64,000 nt of DNA, taken from contig JAGIQG010000040.1 in assembly GCA_024679065.1 (NCBI GenBank), positions 3,906,001 to 3,970,000 on the forward strand, read 5' to 3'. The notes beneath the pieces were generated by a model that was not told the DNA's origin, did no database searches, and was given only the letters and a program-made list of their open reading frames with translations. The number at the start of each line of letters is the position of its first letter. Position 1 is the first letter of the stretch. The translations under genes and the position numbers were made by a program. Below, piece after piece: positions 11,581-23,696 of the stretch. The DNA is from Sphyrna mokarran. Lineage: Eukaryota.

Positions 11581-12472
11581 ATTTCAGAAATAGAGAAAGT
11601 TTTGTTATACTTTTATTACAACTAAGATTATCAAATTAATAGAATATATTGTAGATGCAGGAAGTACACGGTTTAAAGTTAAAATATTCCGTGAGTAACA
11701 TTACCAACTGAAAATTGTGTACCTTGGGAGCTACCACTTAGGAGACCAGTAGCTGTGAAGAATGAGTAAAAGGTGCCAACATGTTCATAGAGCTGATGCT
11801 GGATCTGGACTCAGTGAGTAAAAGCTCAATGGTTTTAGGGAAAAGTTCAGAAGATGGGGAGTGACAACCGGTCCTGCAAAACGATTGGTCTATTCCTGAT
11901 AGAGCGACAGGTGAAAACCAATTGGTTGATTGCTTCTTTGTCCCACATTTCATCCGATCAACTGGCAGTTTGTGATGTCAGTGAGCTGTGTAGATGAAAG
12001 ACCAGCAGTGGTCACTTTGCCTTTCGAACTCCTGTCTATCTGTCTGTCTCTCACACCTTCCTGCACTATCCGAAGTCCAATATTATTCTTAATACCCACA
12101 AATCTATTAACATCTGTTCTAAATAAATCCAGTGATTACACAACCAATAGTCTGTGGGGTAGAGAATAATTAGAGTTGTACTAAACTCAATAAAGCTTCA
12201 TTAACAGAGTCAATATTTAAATTGGACGTGTGAGTAATGGGTAATAGTTGAAATAATTGTGTTATCATGGTTGGATTTTTCCATTAAGACCTGTTCGCTG
12301 AAAATGATAAAATCCTCACCGCCGATATAAAAACAGTTTTGATGTATAGGACACATTGCACAGTAAGGATGAATTCTGGCAAGATGATCTTTATATGATT
12401 TGGGTTATATTACAAATCCACAATCGAGGTCACAGTTCTGATTCAGAGAGAGGAGGTGAGAGTGCCTTTGCC

Positions 12473-12511
12473 GGTTTTTGTACGGACTGACTGTGTCTCT
12501 GTAACACTGTG
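12473..12511 (-). other. 23-RSS of V5 (perfect consensus)
   Basis: CACAGTG + 23 nt + ACAAAAACC. Confidence 0.95.
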
Positions 12512-12947
12512 GTGTTCAGCGCGCAGTGATAGACGGCAGAGTCAGAGATATGGACTCCGGTGATAGTTAAAGGAACTGTTCTGTTGCCTTTGTCCAATTC
12601 AGCCGAAAACCGGTCAGGAAAATCTAGAGATCTATCCATCTGTTTCTTGCCGTAACTCTTCAGTAAATATCTGGGAGCTTTCCCGGCATATTGAATGTAC
12701 CAGAAGAGAGTCTCGCCAGTGTATTTTGTTGTGTAATTGCAATTCAATATTACCGTCTGTCCTTCATCAGCCGTGAATTCAGGGAGGTCCTGGAAAACTG
12801 AATCTTGGCCATTGGTTCCTGTAACAACAGAGAGAATGTGTGAGAAATCTGACTGAATATAACCGATGAAACACACGCTGAAGATTTGAGCTCAGACTTA
12901 CCCGGCAGAGTGATTATTACTATCAGTAAAGCACACAGGGAACACAT
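12512..12947 (-). CDS. Intact TCR alpha/delta-type V gene segment (V5); leader exon 12902-12947, V exon 12512-12818
   Basis: Leader MCSLCALLIVIITLP, phase-1 GT-AG intron, open V exon GQDSVFQD...EGQTVILNCNY...LFWYIQYAGKAPRYLL...DRFSAELDKGNRTVPLTI...DSAVYHCALN, consensus RSS. Confidence 0.93.
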
Positions 12948-13809
12948 GGTTCCTGATTGGTCACTGTTTAAACTGTGTTGCTGCTTCTAGTTTTATGGCA
13001 CAGAATCAACAAAGATCAGAGGCAACTGCAATTATAGGGAAACTGGAGGGCGTTTCTCAGTGCTGCGATTGGGTAATCTGCTTGAGATGACGTTAGCTTT
13101 TGACCAATCGCTGTTAGTTGACGACGAAGTGCAGCTGGCTTTCTCCAATCAAATTGTAGCCCAGGCTGTGTGCATCTGTTTCACCCTGTTACTCTGTATC
13201 ACATCATCAGTCTTTCTGACTCTTTCTTCGAACTCAATGTCAATATATTTCGTTAGTTAGATCTTTCCCCCGAATTAAGGTGAAAAATGAAGCAGATAAT
13301 TTAAGTCTGTCTAATGCACAAGTAGTGAGTGCTCAGTGCAAGAGGATAATTATTAGATATGCTGTTTTAAATACACCGGGAAAAAGTCATCAACCAACTC
13401 AGAATGGAGATGCAGTTCGATTGCGAAAACATTAATTTCAGCCAGTCAATACTATTAAGCCAACAACTTCAACATGTGACAACCCTGAGTCTGCCTTTGA
13501 TATTTGATCACTTTTGAAAGGTGTGGCCTATCACACAGTTAACTGATCTGGAACATTTAAAATACAGATTGATGACTTTGTTCGCCTGAGAGATCTGTGG
13601 GTTTATGTGAATGGGATGGGGATTGATTGGACTTTATCTGATAATAATGAGTAAAAATACCTCAAATTTACCAACAGTGAAAATCCTTAATCACAGTGAG
13701 GGAAAACACTCAGGTGAGGCTATATTGATATGTTCACTATGGGTAAAAATTCTATGATTTTTAACCGCATGTGTTGCCCTGCAATGAACCATTGATTATG
13801 GACCTGTCC

Positions 13810-13848
13810 AGATTTTGTATGATGCCCACAGGAGCCTTATTCACTGTG
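13810..13848 (-). other. 23-RSS of V6
   Basis: CACAGTG + 23 nt + ACAAAATCT. Confidence 0.85.
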
Positions 13849-14133
13849 GGTCTCTGTGCACAGTAATACACGGCGCTGTCTATCACCTTCAAATCTTTCA
13901 TGGACAAGGTTGTTTCAAGTTGAGATTGCCACTGAAGTGTTCAAAGCTGGAAGCCGCATCTGTAAACCCATAACTAACTGAGTAGATACTGAGGAGCTCA
14001 GTGTGGATACTGGCGATACCAGAACAGGCGATGTTGTGTACCTGAACTCGATGCAGAGTAACTGCATCGTATTGTTGAATCCTCACCCTCTACTGTTTCA
14101 ACAATTGGTTCTGACTGGGATAATGAGTTTCTG
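13849..14133 (-). pseudogene. TCR alpha/delta-type V pseudogene (V6), 5' end disrupted by CR1
   Basis: NSLSQSEPIVETVEGEDSTIRCSYS...LFWYRQYPH*APQYLLS...TTLSMKDLKVIDSAVYYCAQRP, with stops and frameshifts. Confidence 0.88.
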
Positions 14134-14134
14134 T

Positions 14135-16668
14135 TACTCATCTCATGGCCCAAAAGTTAACGTTCTAACTTGGGGCAAGGTGGATTTTGATGGTATCAAG
14201 CAGGAACTTTAAAAAGTTAATTGGGGGAGTCTGTGGGATAGCAAAGGGACGTCTGGTAAATGGGAGGCTTTCAAAAGTGTGTTAACTAGGGTTCAGGGAT
14301 ATTATCACATGCCTCTTACAGTGAAGGGCAAGGCTGGTAGACGTAGAGAACTCTGGATGACTCGGGATATTGAGGCTCTGGTCAAGAAGAAGATGAAAGG
14401 GGCACACGACATGCATAGTCGGCTGGGATCAAATGAATCCTTGAAGACTATAGGGGTTGTAGGAGTAGAGTTAAGACAGAAATCTGGAGGGCAAAAAGGA
14501 GACACGACATTATTTTGGCAGAAAAGACAAAGGAGAATCCAAAGACCGTCTACAAATACATAAAAGGCAAAAGAGTAACTAGGGAGAGAGAGAGACCTCT
14601 GAAGGATCAGCAATGTCATCTATGTGCCGATCCACAGGGATGGCTGAGATTCTAAATGAATATTTCTCATCAATATTTATTGTTGACAAAAGCATGAACG
14701 TTAGTGAATTTGGGGAAATAAATAGTGATGTCTTGGGGAGTGTACACGTTACAGAGAAAGAGATGCTGGAAATCTTAAAGCGCATCAAGATAGATAAATC
14801 GCCGGACTTGATGGAGTGTATCCCAGACATTGTGGGGAGGCTAGGGAGGAAATTGCGGATCCTTTAGCAGAGATATTTGAATCATCGATGGTCAAGGATG
14901 GGGTGCCTGAAGATGGGAGAGTGGCAAATGTTGCGTCTTTGTTTAAATTGGGTGTCGTATGTAAAAGACACCTCTGAGACCAGTTATGAATGAAGGTATA
15001 GCAAGTTTATTCAAAAGCTTTTGGGAGACACTCCTGGTACCTAACAGCCGTCCCCCAGGCTTCTCTCTGAATACAAATTAAGAGCCCATATTTATAACCC
15101 CCCCCCCCCACATTTCGCCCCCCCCCCCACGCCCCCAGCCACGTACGCATCTTCTCATTCTCAGGAGGTTTCCAGGCTGTGGCATGACCTTCATCGTGGG
15201 AATATGGTTGCCACGGTATTTCTTTGTGATTATCTCAAGGCTGCAATTATCGGTGGTGTGATTGGCACTTAGCTAACATACAGGCCGGCAAAACAACTTA
15301 AAGTTAACGGGGCAGGTATAACAATTTTGTGTTCATAGATTGTATAGCATGTAATATATATGATATGTTGGTACGTGACAAATGAGCAATACATAACGAA
15401 TATATATGATTATATTTATGAATATATATTTATGGCATGCAAGTTTCATTATGTTAGGCACAAGTCCATAATATTAAAGACACAAACATAGAAACGAGCT
15501 GGGTCAGCTACATTTCTGAACGGACTATCATTAACTTGTGTACAACAGCAAGGACAGCTGTAGTCTTATTGTCTAGGACATACGAAAACAAGTCTTACAT
15601 CTGTCTGGGATACATGAAAACGTTCGAAAACAAGTCTTACAATACTTTTCTACCAATCTTCAAGTATTACAAAGTTCATTAATCCATTCCCTACTGCATG
15701 TACATTAATGATTTGGATGAGAATATAGGAGACATGAATACTAAGTTTGCAGATGACACCAAGATTTGTGGGGTCGTGGACAATGAAGAAAGTTACCTCC
15801 GATTTCAACGGGGTCTTGATCAATTGGACCAGTGAGCTGAAAAATGATAGTTGGAGTTTAATTTAGGCAAAAGCGAGGTGATGCATTTTGGTAGGTTGAA
15901 CGAAGGCAGGATTTACTCAGTTAATGGTAGGAAGTTGGGGAAAGTTACAGAACAAAAGATCGAGGATTACATGGTTATACCTCCTTGAAAGTGGAGCAAT
16001 AAGTAGACAGAGTGGTGAAAAAGGTATCTGCATGCTTGGTTTCATTGGTCAGAACATTGAGTACAGGAGTTGGGGCGGTTTGTTGAAATTGTACAAGACA
16101 TTGGTAATCCACACTTGGAATACTTTGTAAAGTTCTGGTCACCGTATTATAGAAATGATATCATTAAATCAAAAAGAGTGCAGAAAAGCTTTTCTAGGAT
16201 CCGACCGGGACATGGTTGTCTGAGTTCTAAGGAGAGGCTGGATAGACTGGGATTTTTTTTCTCTGGAGCGTAGGAGGCTGAGGGGTGACCTTACGGAGGT
16301 CTATAACATAATGCGGGGCACAAATCAGTTAGATAGTCACTATATTTTCCCAAAGATAGGGAAATCTAAAACCAAAGGGCACAGGTTTAAGGTGAGAGTG
16401 GAGAGATACAGAAGTTCCAAAGGGGCAATTTTTTTTCACACAGAGGGTGCTGAGTATCTGGAACAAATTGCCAGAGGAAGTAATAGTGGCGGATACAATT
16501 TTGTCTTTTAGAAAGCTTTTACTTAGTTACATGGTAAGATGGGTATAGAGGAATATGGGCCAAATGCGGGCAATTGGGATTAGCTCGGAGTTTAAACAAA
16601 AAAGCGGCATGGACAAGTTGGGCCGAAGGGCCTGTTTCCATGCTATAAATCTTTATGACTCTATGATT
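14135..16668 (+). mobile_element. Degenerate CR1 LINE interrupted by an insert at 14953-15698
   Basis: ORF2 pieces (LTWGKVDFDGIKQEL, MAEILNEYFSSIF, YINDLDE..KFADDTK, HLEYFVKFWSPYY) and a 3' tail ending tatgactctatgattc. Confidence 0.9.
14953..15698 (-). mobile_element. Possible solo LTR nested in the CR1
   Basis: ~745-bp non-CR1 insert with TG...CA ends; on the minus strand a TATA-like TTATAAATA (~15089-15097) precedes AATAAA (15006-15011). No target-site duplication seen. Confidence 0.45.
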
Positions 16669-17149
16669 CGATCTCTGAAAATAAATAGCGGACACAAAAC
16701 GGTTTAAAAGGAGTAACAACAACAGAATATATGCCTCGAGATGGAAATATGAAATTAATATGGTGATTGATGGATTTCACCAAAGGTTCAAAATGACCGA
16801 GCTGTGATCTGGACAATAATCAGGGTCAGATAGAATTTCACCCCTACGGTTTCAGTTGAACATCAGAAACAGAGACGGTGATCACTGATTGTACCAGAAC
16901 TGCAATTGGAGATGTTGAAACAGTCAGTGGAATGGTATGAGGTCGAACATGACTCCCTGTCTCCGCCCGTTTTTATATCTTCAAACAGGCACTTCCTCAG
17001 AAGGAGATGGTGATCTGGCATAAGTGAGCAGAGAGCGCCCTCTCCTGGACAGCACTGCCGTATATTGGAAACAGGAACACACGCGGCCACTTGCAAAGGC
17101 TGACACATATCGAAATATTAGAATCATAGAATCCGTACAGGACAGAACA

Positions 17150-19128
17150 CCAAAGTTAATTTGCTGGTTAAAAGGAAAAAGGAGGCTTATGTCAGGATGA
17201 GGCTTGAAGGCTCACTTAGTGCAATGGATACCTGTAGATTAGCCAGGAGGGAGCTAAAGAGAGAGTTGAGGAGAGCTAAAAGGGGACACGAGAAGACTTT
17301 GGCTGATAGGATCAAGGAGAATCCTAAAGCTTTCTTTAGATATGTTAAGAATAGAAGATTGGTTAGGGCAAGATTAGGGGCAGTCAGAGACAGCAGTGGG
17401 AAGTTGTGCGTGGAGCCTGAAGAGATTGGAGAGGCACTGAACAAATATTTCTCTTCGGTATTCACGCAGGGAGATGTAAATGTAATTGTGGAGAACACTA
17501 GGATACAGGGTTGCAAACTGGAAAGTATTGAAGTAGATAAGGAGGATGTGCTAGATATTCTTGAGGGTTTGAAGTTAGATAAGTGCCCTGGGCCGGACGG
17601 GATTTACCCTAGGATTCTCTGGGAGGCAAGAGAGGAGATTACAGAGCCTCTGGCTCTGATCTTCAGGTCCTCGTTGGTTACGGGTGTGGTTCCGGAGGAC
17701 TGGAGGATAGCGAATGTGGTCCCATTGTTTAAGAAGGGGAAGAGAGACCTTCCAGGGAATTATAGGCCAGTGAGTCGTACTTCTGTTGTGGGCAAAGTAT
17801 TGGAGAGAATTATTAGGGATAGGATTTATAGTTATTTAGAGAGAAATGAATTGATTGGGGATAGTCAGCATGGTTTGTGAAGGGTAGGTCGTGCCTTACT
17901 AACCTTATTGAGTTTTTTGAAAAAGTGACCAAAGAGGTGGATGGGGGTAAGGCGGTTGATGTGGTATATATGGACTTTAGTAAGGCGTTCGATAAGGTGT
18001 CCCATGGAAGGGTTCTGCAGAAAATGCAGATGTATGGGATAGAGGGTGATTTAGCTAATTGGGTTAGGAATTGGCTAGCAGATAGAAGACAGAGGGTGGT
18101 GGTTGATGGGAGATATTAATCGTGGAGTTCGGTGACAAGTGGTGTACCTCAGGGGTCTGTTTTGGGGCCCCTGCTGTTTGTAATTTTATAAATGATCTGG
18201 ATGAGGGTATTGAAGGATGGATTAGTAAATTTGCAGATGACACTAAAGTCGGTGGAGTGGTAGATAGTGAAGAGGGGTGTTATAGTTTGCAGAGGGACTT
18301 GGACAAGTTGCAGAGCTGGGCCGAGAGGTGGCAAATGGAGTTTAATGTGGAGAAGTGTGAGGTAATGCACTATGGCAGAAATAATAAATGTGTAGAGTAT
18401 AGGGCTAATGGTAGGATTCTTAATAGTGTTGATGAAAAGAGGGATCTTGGTGTATTTGTGCATAGATCCCTGAAAGTAGGCAGTCAAGTCGATAAGGTTG
18501 TTAAGAAGGCATATGGAGTCTTAGCTTTTATTGGTAGGGGGATTGATTTTCGGAGCCGCAACGTCATGTTGCAACTGTACAAAACTCTAGTGCGGCCGCA
18601 CTTGGAGTATTGTGTGCAGTTCTGGTCCCCGCATTATAGAAAGATGTGGAGGCATTGGAGAGGGTACAGAGGAGGTTTACCAGGATGTTGCCTGGTATGG
18701 AGGACAGGTCTTATGAAGAGAGGCTGAGGGATTTGAGGTTGTTTTTGTTAGAAAGAAGGCGGCTAAGAGGAGACCTTATTGAAACATATAAGATGATTAG
18801 AGGTTTAGATAGGGTGGACAGTGATAGCCTTTTTCCTAGGATGGAGAAAGCTAGCACGAGGGAACATAGCTTTAAATTAAGGGGTGGTAGTTATAGGACA
18901 GATGTCAGAGGTAGGTTCTTTACCCAGAGGGTGGTAAGGGTATGGAATGCCCTGCCTGCTACAGTTGTAGATGCGCCAAGTTTGGTGGCGTTTAAGAAGT
19001 TAGTAGATAAGTTTATGGATGAAAAGGGAATGGTTTAGGTTAGAGGGTCATTGCTTTTTCCTAATTGGTCGGCGCAACATCGAAGGCCGAAGGGCCTGTT
19101 CTGCGCTGTAATGTTCTATGTTCTATGT
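17150..19128 (+). mobile_element. Young 5'-truncated CR1 LINE (RT domain with a few frameshifts)
   Basis: ORFs 17161-19038 give PGPDGIYPRIL, NYRPVS, YMDFSKAFDKV, KFADDTK and FWSPHY, then a (TTCTATG)n tail. Confidence 0.95.
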
Positions 19129-19134
19129 TGTTTT

Positions 19135-19345
19135 CAGCCCAGCAAGTCTGTACTGGCCACAAGGTCACACAGGCCGTATTCCCGTAACTCCATATATTTA
19201 CCCCGCTAATCCCCCTGACAGGAGGGTCAATTTAGCATGGCCAATCAACCGAACCTGCACATCTTTACATCGTAGATGAAACCAGAGCACCTGAGGAAAC
19301 CCAGCGTACACCGGGAGGGCAAATAACACACGGTCACGTGCAAAG
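19135..19345 (-). mobile_element. HE1/V-SINE-type fragment
   Basis: Minus strand ...gtgtacgctgggtttcctcaggtgctctggtttc...aaagatgtgcaggttcggttgattggccatgctaaattg, the V-SINE core. Confidence 0.7.
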
Positions 19346-19999
19346 ACTAACACATGTAAGAATATATAACCATTTACATTTATGCCCAAGCACCGATATC
19401 AATTGCAACGATATCTGTTATAAGTACAAAATTATTTCATAGATTTGTATCATACATTAACTTCTACTGTTAACCATGATAATATATGAATAATACCGCC
19501 TCCGTGTTCATTGGAAGCCTGGTATATCTCACAGAATCAACAAAAGCATAGCTACAGGGACAAGGAAACACAGTGATCGATTCTCAAACTGATCGACTCT
19601 AACACAGCCACACATACAATCACTGAGGAAGACGAACAATCAGATTTACACAGCCAAAGACACACTAAAGAAAAGTGCACCTATCGACAATGACGAGAAA
19701 ACATGCTAGTTCCAGAGTAAACTTCCTGAACTGGAATTCCCTGGGGTCGTGTCAGTGCGGCAATATCTTGAGAGATATTCATTGCGATGAAACTGTCCAT
19801 TTTAACAACAAGAACAGCCAGAAATCTATTTCTTACCAACAGTGATCATTAATTGATGACTATAAGCAATTGACGACTATTGGAGAATAAGGAAGAATGG
19901 ATTTCTTTTACAGTCGATCATATTCTCGATGTGTCCGTGTCACATTTAAAGTTGGTTTACTAGTGTCACAAATGGGATTACATTAATATTGCAATGAAA

Positions 20000-20238
20000 T
20001 TATTGTGAAAATCCCCTAGGCACTGCACTCCGCCATCTGTTCGGATACACAAAGGGAGAACTTTAGCATGGCAATCACCTAACCATTGCATCTTTTGTAC
20101 TGGAGGAGAAAACCCAGAACACTCAGGGGGAATCCACGTAGACTCAGGAGTAACATGCAAATTGCACACAGACCCAATCCGGGAATCGAACCCAGGTCCC
20201 TGGCGCTGTGAGGTAGCTCTGTGCCATCGTGCTGCCCG
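20000..20238 (-). mobile_element. HE1/V-SINE-type tRNA-derived SINE
   Basis: Head gggcagcacgatggcacag...cctcacagcgccagggacctgggttcgattcccgg (B box) followed by the V-domain core. Confidence 0.8.
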
Positions 20239-21077
20239 TGTGAGGTCAGTGTAGGTAAGACAGATTCCCCATCTGTTCTTAATGTTATCGGATCAAAGGT
20301 TTGGGATACAAAAGGACAACACAAGGACAACACAAGCTTTAGGTGCAGGTGATTCATTCTCTTCTGTTATATTCCACATTTTGAGGAAGGTTGTGGAGTT
20401 AATTAGTTAGAGCATGTATAATTCAGAAATAATGAAGACATGCTTCATCTGATTAAACTTGTTTTGTAAATTTGTGATCTGTTCAGAGCAGCTATAAATC
20501 TGCTCAATGATAAAGCATCCAGGACTCTCTGGGGTAGTGAATTCCATACTTTCTCAACACTGAGTGAGATAATTTATTCTCATCTCGGTACTAAATGATC
20601 AGCGGCTCCGAGATGATGTCTTCCCTGTAAAACTTCTCAGAATCGTGTAGGTTTCAAAATGGTTGCCTCTCATTCATCTAAACTCAGTGAATAGCACTTC
20701 AAACAGAAATCCTCAGATATTTGGAAGTGTTTCTACTCCTTTCTATGTTTTAATTAAGATCAGAAACATAAATTGTTGAAATATTGCAGGAACTGATAGA
20801 TTTGAATTGACAGGAAAGGCTGAACAGCCTGAAGCTCTTTCTCTGGAAAGAAGTGGGCAGACAGATGACCAGATGGATATGGAAAGGTTTTCCTTTTTTT
20901 AAGGGTTCGAAGTCAACTTTTTCATTCAGCTGTAGATTGACGTCTGCTGAATCCAATCAAGGAAACAAATGTTTGGAAATGTAGAATGAAAGTATCGACA
21001 TTAAGATGTAACAACGTGCTTTCTAGCCAATGAAAGGCATTTATAATTGAAAAATAAAAATGCTAATCCAATACTGG

Positions 21078-21149
21078 AAGTGGCACTAGGACTTGAGCCA
21101 AGGACCACTTGATCTGCAGTCAAATACTCGGTCACTGAACTACGCCCAT
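21078..21149 (-). pseudogene. tRNA-Cys(GCA) pseudogene
   Basis: GGGCGTAGTTCAGTGACCGAGTATTTGACT-GCA-GATCAAGTGGTCCTTGGCTCAAGTCCTAGTGCCAC aligns with vertebrate tRNA-Cys; the B box and acceptor stem are mutated. Confidence 0.75.
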
Positions 21150-22049
21150 GCACGCATCCTCTCACCCCCGCCCTCGGCCCTTCCAAGCTATGAATCTCCG
21201 TGAAAGATACACCCATGATCTTATTCAGTGGGTGAAGAGGCTCGAGGTGATGTCTCAATCCAGCTTTGTCTCACAGCTACTGGTTTCTGACCCAAGTCGC
21301 AGAACTTTGGGCTCAATTCAATGAGAAGTTTTTCTTAATGATTGGGCTTGGATTTGGATCCGGATCTAAGAGACATTTATGTCAGTCTAAAGGCTAAAAT
21401 CAATCCCATTACCACCCAGATTTTAAAAATTCAAACATCATGTACATTTAAAAGTCGACGAAAACAAAAATAAAGTTTTCACATGCGTCAGAGCAGTTAT
21501 TTATGTTTTTTTTTTGCTTCATTGACTTTCCACAGCAGCCAAGTTTCGATATTGTACAAAACAGGGTGTGATCAATATTTTGTGCTCCGTAATGTTAAAA
21601 AGAAACAATTGTTTCTTCTAGATTAATGGTTCGGTCCATAGACATACCGAAATAATTTATTTGTAAACGGAAACTGTATAAACTAAAATCCTCAGATATT
21701 AGGAACTGGTGCTACTCCTTTCAAGTTCTCGCAAGAAACAGAAAGCTGCTTCACGAACTGATATTTGTAATCATCAGGGAAGGGTGAAAAGCCCGAAGAT
21801 ATTTCCGAAGGAATCTACCAGGCTGTGAATGCTGTAGATGGCGAGGAAGGCAATCTGGAAGATTCTTGTAATCGCATCCGATGGAATCCAGCTATTTTCC
21901 ACGCCTCTGTTCACGATATCATTATAGGGGATGAACCTTGAACACTCCACATGAAAATGAAACCCCGTGTCACCCTGCAACTTGTGTTTTAATAGCCTGT
22001 GACTTCGCCAATGTCGGTTTGTTTCACTGAACTTTTGATTGTTGTGTTG

Positions 22050-22900
22050 TTCCTTGGATACACTGTTGTCGAATTACTCAAGGCTACCTCACACTTTTAC
22101 GAGTTAAGTTTCACCTGCCACGTATATATCAATTTGATCATTTCATCTATATCTTCTTATAACCTAAGACACTCAAATCCACTGTTGACAAACGCTCAAT
22201 CATTTGTGCTATCAGCAAACTTACAAATCCTATCCCGCACATTCATTTCTGTCGTTCATAGAAAAGATGTGTGATAGGCAAGAACATATCTCTTTGGTAC
22301 GCCAGTGGACACTGACTTCCAGTCATTAATAACAGCCTTCTCTCACTACACTACATCTCCTGCAACTGAGCCACTTTTGAATGCACTTAATCAAATTACT
22401 CTTTATACCATGTGCATATGCCTTTAAAAACGTGTTGCAACTTCCGAAAGCTTTTCTTAAATAATATGAACTACACAAACTTCACTACCTTCATCTGCAC
22501 ACCTTGTCACGTCCTCAAAAAAAATCAGATTTGTTAGTCATGATTTTCATCGACGAAGGCATGCTGACTATCCCTGATCAAGCCTTGTCTCTTCAAGTGG
22601 AGACAGATGCACCTCTTCAGAAATTTCTCGAATAATTTCCCGACCACTGACATGAAAATCACTTGTCTATAGTTCTATGGTTAAAGATCACGAGGCTTCT
22701 TAACTAGCAGAACTACATTAGTTGTTTTCGACTTCTCACTGCGGCCAGAGAGGAATTAAACATTTGGGTCAGAGCCCCTGAAATTTCCTCCCTCGCATTT
22801 CACATCGGTTTTCGAAATTTGCCCACTTTTAAGCCTGCCAACGTTTCCAAGAGCTTATCACTCCTTATTTCACTTTGCTCAGTAAAATTACAGTCTCTCT
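22050..22900 (-). mobile_element. Old degenerate CR1 RT fragment
   Basis: Plus-strand gtgctatcagcaaacttacaaatc is antisense of KFADxT; further CR1-like stretches follow. Confidence 0.65.
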
Positions 22901-23696
22901 TCCTGAATTCAAAACTTTGATTATCATTCTCTTAGGTGATAAAAGATGTGCAATATTCATTAAACATGCTACCGACATCCTTCAGCTGCACCTACGGACT
23001 TTTGTACAATCTTGCTGGGATGAAGTTGCAATTAATGACGGCCAATATGCCGGCCTGATCCTTTATGGCAACATATAACTATGCTGAAATGGACGAGATT
23101 TTACTGAAAGTAAACGCACTGAACGGGGCCTGCCCACACTGAATGCAAAAGCACTGAACTGAAAATGCCCAAATCATGTGCAACTTCGAAAATTGATCCG
23201 ATGAAAATAATCTTGACCAGTTTATTTTGAATAACATGAAACTGAAATCGGTAAATATGCAATGGAAGAAGCAATAACGAACTGGTTCTAATGCACTGGA
23301 TCGGTGATCACACAGAGGGAATAATAATCTGGAGCGAGACATTGGCTGGTTTTTACTTTTGGGCCGGAACAGCTCTGTTCAGTTCCATCTGATACTGAAA
23401 CTTCCTCACATGAGAATCATCCCGATGCCATTTTCTATTTCGCCCGTATGCTGTTACAGTTCTCATACTATACTTTCTGAGGATTTTACTTCAGAATTGT
23501 GTCAGCGATCTTGAAAAGTCTTTTTTCCACTTCATCAAAGCATGAAAAATTTTCAAAGTAGGCCCAGTTTCAAGTTGTTTATTTCAATTAATGTAATGAT
23601 TGCAAAAGATCAAGTGAACTCCCTGGAGCCTGGATTGGGTTATATATTGCCAATCTCTAATTGTCGAGCAGAATAAACACACAGCTGCTGACAGAA

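Noticed and set aside
19525-19580. Possible displaced leader exon of V6 (LCFLVPVAMLLLIL then gtgag, minus strand)
   Set aside because: No proper start codon at the expected position and the splice phase does not fit; support is insufficient.
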